DNA of 64,000 nt from a virus (Duplodnaviria; Caudoviricetes): positions 64,001 to 128,000 of IMG/VR virus record IMGVR_UViG_3300033076_001354. One strand, written 5' to 3'. This document shows positions 18,037-25,464 of this stretch, in pieces. The notes below the pieces were generated by a model that was not told where the DNA came from, did no database searches, and was given only the letters and a program-made list of their open reading frames with translations. The first letter of the stretch is position 1, and each line of letters begins with the position of its first letter. The position numbers were made by a program, and so were the translations under genes.

Positions 18037-18659
18037 TCCGGAGGAGTCAAGATGATCTTGACGTGCTCGTCGAGCCACCATGGGTCTGCAGCGTGAATGT
18101 ATTTCTCGTTAGCATCTTGCTTTAAGATCTCGTCGACCTGAGGATCTTCCCACGCCATAGGGAAGTCGAGCCAGTGACCGAGCGACTTGATGTATTGGCG
18201 TCTGTACAAGTATAGAAGTTCTTGGCTGATGAAGAAGGGCGGCACCTTCATCCATTGAATGAGCTGAGGCATGTTGCCCCAAGTCGGACCGCCGCGAAGC
18301 CTCGTCTGCTGGTGCGTCAAGATGTTCTTATCTCTGCCTATGACGACCGGTTGAACCTCGATGCCTAGACTCTGACACTTCTCCATGAACTCATAAATCG
18401 GTGGGACTTTAGGCAGCCACTTCTCAATGTATGGGTTGCTGATGCTCGTAACGGCGTACTTCTTGCCGCCCATGATGTTTAAGTCAATCTTATCGATGTT
18501 GTTCCAGTAGTAGTTGAACGGCTCTTTGTAGTGAGGGATGAAGTATCCATCGGGCTTGAGCGCGTCTTTCCAACCGTGAACTTCAGGGTGCATGCTGAAG
18601 ATCTTACCGAAGAGGTGATTGCCCGAACCCTGTGGACCGAATAGAACTATAATCTTCAT
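18015..18659 (-). CDS. Sulfotransferase-like P-loop protein
   Basis: IVLFGPQGSGNHL...HPEV (5'-PSB-like) and VVIGRD (3'-PB-like). Confidence 0.55.
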   Translation of the reverse strand: MKIIVLFGPQGSGNHLFGKIFSMHPEVHGWKDALKPDGYFIPHYKEPFNYYWNNIDKIDLNIMGGKKYAVTSISNPYIEKWLPKVPPIYEFMEKCQSLGIEVQPVVIGRDKNILTHQQTRLRGGPTWGNMPQLIQWMKVPPFFISQELLYLYRRQYIKSLGHWLDFPMAWEDPQVDEILKQDANEKYIHAADPWWLDEHVKIILTPPDHFTPKA

Positions 18660-19411
18660 CAGTTCTTCCTCAGCTCAAAGTAGAGCCTGTTGCCGTTGTC
18701 TTTCTTGAACGACTCAAGCTTACAGTCGTGGATGCTGGCGATCTTATACGCGGTCTCAAAGTCCCATGGATAGATGTCGACCCATGGACCATTCTTGTGC
18801 ACTTCACCGGGATTCGCCCTGACGTAGATCGTGCCTCCGCGCATAGTCAAGTCGATGACTTTCTTGAACCTTGCGTTGATGTCGTCGAAGTCGCCGAAGT
18901 TGATGCTGCCGAAGACGATGACGTGGTCATAGGATTCGTTGGGAACGTTGTAGTCTAGAATGTCTACCATGAAGTCGGCTGAGTTGTTGAAGGCGTCGAT
19001 GCCTACCAAGTTAGGGATCCTAGCTTTAAACTGATTGAACCCACATCCTACGTCGAGGACTGCCTTTGGGTTCGACTTATTGATTCGCTCAACTATGTTC
19101 CATCCGGTGTATTGATACACCTCGGTGCGCGGCTGCCAGATTCCTCCCCAGAACCTAGCGCTGTACTTAGTGTCTATGTCAGCTGTTAGCATAGAGACTG
19201 ACACGCCGTCGATGTTGATGTCTACGTCGAAAGTATCACTGAGCAACGCCATGAACTTCTCCTGCTTCTTTGGAGTCCATGGAAGCGATGAAACTATCGT
19301 GTGCGGATTGATATTTTCATAGACCTCAATATACTTCGGGAGATTGAAGCAGTCTTTCAAGTTTTTCAGAACGAAGTTAAAAATTTTGTGATTCACAATA
19401 AAAATTCCCAT
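18659..19411 (-). CDS. Class I SAM-dependent methyltransferase with N-terminal ACP-like segment (true start may be GTG at 19396)
   Basis: VLDVGCG motif I, GIDA, YDHVIVFGSINFG. Confidence 0.75.
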   Translation of the reverse strand: MGIFIVNHKIFNFVLKNLKDCFNLPKYIEVYENINPHTIVSSLPWTPKKQEKFMALLSDTFDVDINIDGVSVSMLTADIDTKYSARFWGGIWQPRTEVYQYTGWNIVERINKSNPKAVLDVGCGFNQFKARIPNLVGIDAFNNSADFMVDILDYNVPNESYDHVIVFGSINFGDFDDINARFKKVIDLTMRGGTIYVRANPGEVHKNGPWVDIYPWDFETAYKIASIHDCKLESFKKDNGNRLYFELRKN

Positions 19412-19426
19412 TTGAGTAATTTTTTT

Positions 19427-19457
19427 CCTTATTGATTATATATATAGATCAACAAGG
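19427..19457. promoter_or_regulatory. Dyad-symmetric AT-rich element between divergent genes
   Basis: CCTT-A-TTGAT-(TA)5-G-ATCAA-C-AAGG in the 62-bp divergent intergenic gap. Confidence 0.5.
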
Positions 19458-19473
19458 ATTTTTTCTTTAGAGG

Positions 19474-20214
19474 ATGAAAAAAATGACGACTTATCAAGAC
19501 TGGGGCGACAGCCGCTGGGAATTCACCAAGAGTCAAAGTAAGTGGCACTTTGATCCATCCCGACCTCCGGTTCCCGGTCTAGACAGCTACACACACGTGT
19601 GTAGGTTCGACGCCGACTTTACCGACGCGATCGCCAAGTGTATGCCTCGAGCTAAAGCGAGCAGCTGGAGCAGCAGAAATAATTTCAACGAAAAGATAGC
19701 GGAGCAGGGACTTTATTCCGCGAGCCTTGAGGAGAAAGACCTCATCAGGGCTGGAGCAGATCCTAAACAAGAAGTGTTTCATCGCACGGCGGCCGAGGAC
19801 ATCGACGTCTTTCAAAAGATCGCAGCTTGGCTCGGCATCGATGAGCCGATGATTAAGTTCCACAACCAGACTACTGGTCAGATGCTTCACACTCACTTGG
19901 ACAACTTCGCCGCGCGCCCCGAGCGCGAGAACAGCTTCAAGGAGACTGAGATCGACAAGAACCCCGACATCATGAGAAGGTTCGCAATCATGCTTGCGGA
20001 CTGGGAGCTCGGTCAGATCTTTCAGATCGGCAACGCGAACTTCACCCAGTGGAAAGCGGGCGACTGCATCACTTGGGAATGGAAGGACATGCCGCACAGC
20101 ACGGCTAACATGGGATGGTGGGATCGCCCGATGCTTCAGATCACGGGATACACCACCGACAGAACCAAAGAAGTTCTCGGCGGTGCCGGAAAGAATCTGG
20201 TCGTAAAGATATGA
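19474..20214 (+). CDS. 2OG-Fe(II) dioxygenase
   Basis: HTHLD (HxD) ... PHSTAN ... R-x-x-LQITG distal His/Arg pattern. Confidence 0.65.
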   Translation: MKKMTTYQDWGDSRWEFTKSQSKWHFDPSRPPVPGLDSYTHVCRFDADFTDAIAKCMPRAKASSWSSRNNFNEKIAEQGLYSASLEEKDLIRAGADPKQEVFHRTAAEDIDVFQKIAAWLGIDEPMIKFHNQTTGQMLHTHLDNFAARPERENSFKETEIDKNPDIMRRFAIMLADWELGQIFQIGNANFTQWKAGDCITWEWKDMPHSTANMGWWDRPMLQITGYTTDRTKEVLGGAGKNLVVKI

Positions 20215-20954
20215 ATCAAGTCATCGCCGTCGCTTATATGCCGGGTGCCTATGGCAGCTTTCTCTGTTGGGCACTCGAGAGATTCTCAAAAGTAAGGAAG
20301 TCTTACCACCCACCGGTCACCGATAACCCTCTTCTTCCGGACGGCAGCAGCCACGCCTACGCGAGCTTCTGTAAAGTCAAGCAGGAAGACCAGTTCATCG
20401 ATGGCCTCAACGTTGCCAGAAACTCAGTCGTCCCATGGAACCACAACGTATACGCGGGATGGCCGTGCGGCAAGAGCGAGAACTTACAGAAGACCGTAGA
20501 GAACATAGGTTCTTGGATGAACACGATGGACAGGCTTATAGTGGTAGTTCCTCAGACTCCCGTGGATCATTACATCTGCTACATTAGGAATGAGTTTACC
20601 CTTGACAAAACCCGCTGGTATGATATATTGGGTATTGAAAAAGATGAACAGCTTTACGAGAGAATGATCGAAGACATCGAGGCTGACTACTCGCTCAACG
20701 TCGAAGACCCTAGGATCTTAAAGCTGACGATCTCTGAGATCCTATATGATCCACCGTACGTATTGTTCGGTAAGATCGCCAAGCTCGTGGGTTGGCCTAC
20801 CTGCGACTTTGGTCTCTTTGAGACTACTCTCTATGAGATGAGAAAAAGGCAAGAGAAGTATTTCAATATGATCACTGACGCCAACAAGGGCGACAGCTTA
20901 ACGCAGCGTGCAATAACTAAATTTAGACTGGAGTACAATAATGGATTTAACTAA
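20211..20954 (+). CDS. Sulfotransferase-like/P-loop hypothetical protein (start ATG 20211)
   Basis: VAYMPGAYGSFLCWAL N-terminal loop; ATGA overlap with upstream gene. Confidence 0.4.
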   Translation: MNQVIAVAYMPGAYGSFLCWALERFSKVRKSYHPPVTDNPLLPDGSSHAYASFCKVKQEDQFIDGLNVARNSVVPWNHNVYAGWPCGKSENLQKTVENIGSWMNTMDRLIVVVPQTPVDHYICYIRNEFTLDKTRWYDILGIEKDEQLYERMIEDIEADYSLNVEDPRILKLTISEILYDPPYVLFGKIAKLVGWPTCDFGLFETTLYEMRKRQEKYFNMITDANKGDSLTQRAITKFRLEYNNGFN

Positions 20955-22395
20955 AATCTTTCCGTTGTTCACTCCGGATACGGGCATCACAGTTCTAGCT
21001 GTGTATGCCGCAATCGTGTTCGGACTGACATGGGTATTTGCTAGCGGATACGCTTGGAATAAAGAAAGCTTCTTCGTCGCAAGACGCGAAGTCAGCACGC
21101 TGCAGGGTGCGATGAGCACGGGTGCCGCGTGGATGTGGGCACCGGGAATGTTCATCTCGGCGCAGCAGGCATATATGAACGGACTCGTCGGTTTGTTCTG
21201 GTTCTGTATCGGTAACTTCCTCAGCTTGATCTTGTTCAGTTGGTTCGCCAATCGCCTACGCGATCGCAAGCCCGATGGATTCACGATCTCAGGCTACTTG
21301 AGAGAGAAGTTTGGCAAGCGCGTTCAGGTGCTGTTCATGATCGAACTGCTCTCGCTCGCGGTGTGCAGCTTCGCCATCAACGCGCTGGCAGGAAGCAAGA
21401 GCGTCGAGGTGATCACTGGCATGAGCTACCACACGGTTAGCTTGATCCTCGCGGCGATCGCATTGGTCTATACCATTCGCGGCGGCCTCAAGGCATCCGT
21501 CATCACCGAGATGTTTAAGCTCTCTGTGTTGGTATTGGGTCTTGCGTTCATCGTTCCATGGGCGATCAACACCGCCGGTGGTCTCAGCATCGTCGACCTA
21601 GGACTCGGTGGAATCACCGGCAACGGTCGCGACATCATCGGCACGCCCTTCGCGCTCGGTGTGTTCATGGGCTTCGGCTTCTCCACCGCCATCGGTCACC
21701 TCGGTGCACCTTGGGGAGACAACGCCTTCTATCAGCGCGCCTTCGCAGTTCGTAAAGAGTCCGTGATCAAGGCATTCGTCGGTGGCGCGTTCATCTTCAT
21801 CTTGACGCCGCTGATGACGGGTCTCCTTGGATTCTTGGCCGCTGGTCTCCAGTACCAAGTTCCTAAAGAGCTGCTCGGCTACGTGAACATCCTCACCGTC
21901 GGAAGCCTGCTTCCTTCTTGGGTTGTCGTGCTCTACTTGTTCATGCTGTTCGCAGGCCTCGTGTCTGTGCTTGACTCGCAGCTGAGCTCGGTCAGCAACA
22001 TCTTTGGTCACGATGTCAAGAACTTGGTCGCAGCGGATCAAGACGAAACCAGCAGCATCAAGATCGGTCGCCTTGGTATGATCCTCTTGATCCTTGGCGG
22101 TCTCACCATCGCAAACTGGCCGGGAATGACACTCGTCACGATCTTCCTGTTCTTTGGTATCCTCAGAGCAACCGTTTGGTTCCCTCTCATGTTCAGCCTT
22201 TGGAATGAAAAGCTTGTGAATGAGAAGGGTATGTTCTGGGGTGTGTTGATCGCATACGTGGTTGGATTCACCACCTACGTCTACGGTCAAAACTTCGGAG
22301 GCGGTCCAAACATCGCGGTGCTTGGAACTTGTCTCGCGGTCTTCGGCTCGGGCGCTTTGGCACTCGGCATCACAAGAGTGACAGATGCCCGTTAA
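20941..22395 (+). CDS. Sodium:solute symporter (SSS) family transporter
   Basis: ~13 hydrophobic segments; ESFFVARR, AAWMWA, YTIRGGLKASVITE, FYQRAFA, SVLDSQL motifs. Confidence 0.85.
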   Translation: MDLTKIFPLFTPDTGITVLAVYAAIVFGLTWVFASGYAWNKESFFVARREVSTLQGAMSTGAAWMWAPGMFISAQQAYMNGLVGLFWFCIGNFLSLILFSWFANRLRDRKPDGFTISGYLREKFGKRVQVLFMIELLSLAVCSFAINALAGSKSVEVITGMSYHTVSLILAAIALVYTIRGGLKASVITEMFKLSVLVLGLAFIVPWAINTAGGLSIVDLGLGGITGNGRDIIGTPFALGVFMGFGFSTAIGHLGAPWGDNAFYQRAFAVRKESVIKAFVGGAFIFILTPLMTGLLGFLAAGLQYQVPKELLGYVNILTVGSLLPSWVVVLYLFMLFAGLVSVLDSQLSSVSNIFGHDVKNLVAADQDETSSIKIGRLGMILLILGGLTIANWPGMTLVTIFLFFGILRATVWFPLMFSLWNEKLVNEKGMFWGVLIAYVVGFTTYVYGQNFGGGPNIAVLGTCLAVFGSGALALGITRVTDAR

Positions 22396-22846
22396 GAAGA
22401 TCTTAATAATGGGCTTGCCGGGATCGGGAAAAACGACTCTGGCAAGAGCCTTGGCACCAAAGCTCGGTGCGGTTCACTGGAACGCGGATGCAGTAAGGGC
22501 TGAGATAAACTCTCACCTCGGCTTCAGCGAGAAAGACCGCATCGAGCAGGCGCGAAGGATGGGGTGGCTCTGTGATCAAGTCGTCAAGGCTGGTCACTGG
22601 GCCATCGCCGACTTCGTGTGTCCGACCAAAGAGACGCGGGACGCTTTCGGCGAATGCATCACCATCTGGGTCGACACTATAAAAGAGGGTAGGTTCGAAG
22701 ATACAAACAAGTTGTTTGAGCCGCCCGTTAAATACGACTACAAGGTGACTGAACAGAACTCAGACTTCTGGGCTAAGTTCTTAGCGGAAGACCTTGACTT
22801 CTATGAGAAGCCTACCTTCTTTAAAGCCATATTAAAGGGTTTGTGA
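22385..22846 (+). CDS. cysC: Adenylylsulfate (APS) kinase-like protein
   Basis: GLPGSGKTT Walker A, DAVR, LGFSEKDRIEQARR, FVCP, FEPP match CysC motifs. Confidence 0.7.
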   Translation: MPVKKILIMGLPGSGKTTLARALAPKLGAVHWNADAVRAEINSHLGFSEKDRIEQARRMGWLCDQVVKAGHWAIADFVCPTKETRDAFGECITIWVDTIKEGRFEDTNKLFEPPVKYDYKVTEQNSDFWAKFLAEDLDFYEKPTFFKAILKGL

Positions 22847-23196
22847 TGTTTGATTATAACAAGCCGACCGTGCAGATGTTGGGCAGGTACCAACCGTGGC
22901 ACGCCGGACACCATGAATTGTTTAAGCGCGCTTACGCGAAGACCGGACAAGTCTGCATCATGGTTAGAGACGTCGACGAAGCTTTCAACTACAGGGAAGT
23001 GGAGTCGAGGATCATCGACGACCTTTACATACACGGCTATGAAAACGGCGTCGACTTCATCGTGCTTCGTGTACCAAACATCGTCAACATCACTTATGGT
23101 CGCGACGTTGGGTATAAGATCGAGCAGGAGCACCTAGGTGAAGAGATCGAGAGCATCTCAGCCACGAAGATTCGCAGAGAGATGGGAATCGAATAG
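22843..23196 (+). CDS. HxGH nucleotidyltransferase (cytidylyltransferase-like)
   Basis: GRYQPWHAGH and ISATKIR motifs. Confidence 0.75.
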   Translation: MMFDYNKPTVQMLGRYQPWHAGHHELFKRAYAKTGQVCIMVRDVDEAFNYREVESRIIDDLYIHGYENGVDFIVLRVPNIVNITYGRDVGYKIEQEHLGEEIESISATKIRREMGIE

Positions 23197-23200
23197 GTGA

Positions 23201-23815
23201 ATGCATAAGTACATATTCATCGCCGGCGCGCCGGGATCCGGATGGAGCAGGGTCGCGCTGAGCATACACAATAGTCCAAGCATTGACTACAGCGACTGGT
23301 CGAAAGACCAGTCGTGGACTTTTATAAACGACAAGAATCTAGAAGAAAAAAGCTATCACTCCGGCGCTTACTTTGGACCCGATCAAAAATACGGAAAGAA
23401 ATTCGATCGTCTCGATGAATTAACTAAAGACGAGATCGAAGAAGAGTTTGCCCGCCCATTCAAGGGATCCGGCACTAAGATAATAAAGTGCCACGACTTT
23501 GCTTATCAACTCGACTTTATAAAAGAACACTGGCCTGATTGTCCTATAATAACTTGTCATAGGCCGACTGAAATATGCTATAGTTGGTGGATGTATGTCG
23601 GAGGTGCTGACATAGCTTTCCCGTCTTATAAAATGTTGAAGACGATTGATCCCAAGAAATACATGGACAAGTGCAACCAAGGGATAGAGAATTTCTTGGC
23701 AGAGAATAAAACGATCGGGCTTGAAAACAACATTGAGCTGTGTGAGATCTTAGAGCTCGACTATCCTAAAAATATAATCTACTTTGACCACGCGAACGTA
23801 TGTATAAAGGTTTGA
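23201..23815 (+). CDS. Sulfotransferase-like protein
   Basis: YIFIAGAPGSGWS, IIKCH, CHRP; paralog of 24449. Confidence 0.5.
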   Translation: MHKYIFIAGAPGSGWSRVALSIHNSPSIDYSDWSKDQSWTFINDKNLEEKSYHSGAYFGPDQKYGKKFDRLDELTKDEIEEEFARPFKGSGTKIIKCHDFAYQLDFIKEHWPDCPIITCHRPTEICYSWWMYVGGADIAFPSYKMLKTIDPKKYMDKCNQGIENFLAENKTIGLENNIELCEILELDYPKNIIYFDHANVCIKV

Positions 23816-23816
23816 T

Positions 23817-24449
23817 ATGGAAAAGATCTTCTCCCTAATCAAAGAAGCCAACGATGAAACTCTATGGATGTTTTCCAGAGACGTTCACGACCTCATACTC
23901 GAGAAGTACTACAGCACGTATTGGCCCGACGTTCCCAATGGCTTCGACGAAAGTAAGACCAAGTCGATCGAGATGATCGTCAACCTACACGAATGTAAGA
24001 ACATACTCGACGTCGGATGCGGCTACAATCACTTCAAAGATAAGTTCCCCGATGCAAAGTTCACCAGCATCGAGCCGTACATCGACGGTGCAGACTATAA
24101 GATGACTGTGACTGAGTACCAACGAAACTTTCCGGATCGCCAGTACGACTGCGTCATGGCTCTTGGTTCGATCAACTTTGGTCCCAAGGCAAAGATCCTT
24201 GAAGAAGTCGAGGCGATGGATAAGCTCACTCGACCAGAAGGCATTCAAATCTGGCGCGTCAATCCTAGGGACAAACCCTTCGTCGACGACAGATTTCCCA
24301 TATCAGAACTCATTCAATACTACGGTTGGGATGAGCCGTTCATTCGCCACATCAGCGAAGTGTACAACTATAGGTTGATCGAATACAAAGAAGAGATGAA
24401 CTACTCCAACGATCGAAGGATCTTTTTTATCATGAAGAAAGGCCTGTAA
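23817..24449 (+). CDS. Class I SAM-dependent methyltransferase, paralog of 18659
   Basis: ILDVGCGYNHFK, YDCVMALGSINFG, RVNP. Confidence 0.75.
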   Translation: MEKIFSLIKEANDETLWMFSRDVHDLILEKYYSTYWPDVPNGFDESKTKSIEMIVNLHECKNILDVGCGYNHFKDKFPDAKFTSIEPYIDGADYKMTVTEYQRNFPDRQYDCVMALGSINFGPKAKILEEVEAMDKLTRPEGIQIWRVNPRDKPFVDDRFPISELIQYYGWDEPFIRHISEVYNYRLIEYKEEMNYSNDRRIFFIMKKGL

Positions 24450-25096
24450 TGAAGTACATATTCATGGCCGGCGCACCCGGATCAAAGTGGAGCTCGGTCG
24501 CCCGCAGCATCTACTTCAGCAGCGACATCAATCAGAGCGACTTCTCGCTCAATCGCAGGTACTTCCACGACGCGTCGGGTAAGCGCCAGCTCATGCACCT
24601 TGGGTCCTACTTCGATCCGGGAATGGAGTTCGGAAACGAGTTCAACATGCTCAACCTATTAAGCAAAGAAGAATGCGAGCAAGAGTTCGATCGACCGTTC
24701 ACCCACGACATGGGAACAAAGATTATAAAGAGCCACTTCTTTACGTACTACTTAGATTATCTCAAAGAAACGTGGAAAGACCCGATAGTCTTGGTAAGTC
24801 GTGACTCGGACGCCTGTATAGGGTGGTGGATCAGGTGCGGTCACTTTAACATCACCTATCCTAAGTACGACTTCTATAAAAACATCGACGATATGGTCAA
24901 GTACGTCGATGCCCAGAATAAGTTCATAAAGAGGTTCATCGATGAGAACGAGACCCTTCAGGTATGGAACAGCCTCGAGCTGGCCCAAGCCCTAGGAATC
25001 AACGACGAGGGCGTCTACCACCAAGACTACAAGCGAAACGACATCAAGGTCCACCTCTACTGGGGCAAATACGACGGGAGTCAGGCTTTCCTCTGA
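24449..25096 (+). CDS. Sulfotransferase-like protein
   Basis: YIFMAGAPGSKWSSV, IIKSH, LVSRD. Confidence 0.5.
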   Translation: MKYIFMAGAPGSKWSSVARSIYFSSDINQSDFSLNRRYFHDASGKRQLMHLGSYFDPGMEFGNEFNMLNLLSKEECEQEFDRPFTHDMGTKIIKSHFFTYYLDYLKETWKDPIVLVSRDSDACIGWWIRCGHFNITYPKYDFYKNIDDMVKYVDAQNKFIKRFIDENETLQVWNSLELAQALGINDEGVYHQDYKRNDIKVHLYWGKYDGSQAFL

Positions 25097-25099
25097 GAA

Positions 25100-25107
25100 T
25101 ATAAATA
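25100..25107 (+). promoter_or_regulatory. Late promoter TATAAATA
   Basis: Exact match at the right boundary of the enzyme island. Confidence 0.75.
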
Positions 25108-25131
25108 GTTTGAAGCTTAGTCGAGGTTACC

Positions 25132-25458
25132 ATGGCAACGAAACTCAATCTGGTCATAGACCAAGGCGCGACCTATTCAAACGCGATTCTCGTGAAAGAT
25201 TCTAGCAACAACGCGATCAATCTTTCGACCTACACCGTAGCGGGACAGATAAGGAAGTACTACACTTCTTCGAACAGCACCGCTTTCACGGCGACCGGAA
25301 ACAGCACCGGTTACGTCAACATCTCACTTACAGCAAACGCGACGGCGAACCTCTCTTCGGGCAGGTACGTCTACGACGTTGAGATCACCAGCAACACGGG
25401 CATAGTGACACGTGTTACGGAAGGCATAGTCACGATCACACCTCAAGTGACACGATAA
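25132..25458 (+). CDS. Small virion structural protein (Ig-like, LVIDQGAT family)
   Basis: LVIDQGATY...GRYVYDVEIT...TRVTEGIVTITPQVTR, conserved in T4-like cyanophages. Confidence 0.7.
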   Translation: MATKLNLVIDQGATYSNAILVKDSSNNAINLSTYTVAGQIRKYYTSSNSTAFTATGNSTGYVNISLTANATANLSSGRYVYDVEITSNTGIVTRVTEGIVTITPQVTR

Positions 25459-25464
25459 CTCAGC

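Noticed and set aside
20602-20629. Internal TTGACA-16-TATATT promoter upstream of the transporter (similar element at 60559-60587)
   Set aside because: Inside coding sequence with an imperfect match; cannot be distinguished from chance without TSS data
21598-22290. 230-aa minus-strand ORF (and similar ones at 55241-56068, 57354-58115, 49822-50448, 13440-14030)
   Set aside because: Antisense shadows of well-supported genes, expected from codon bias; no recognisable motifs
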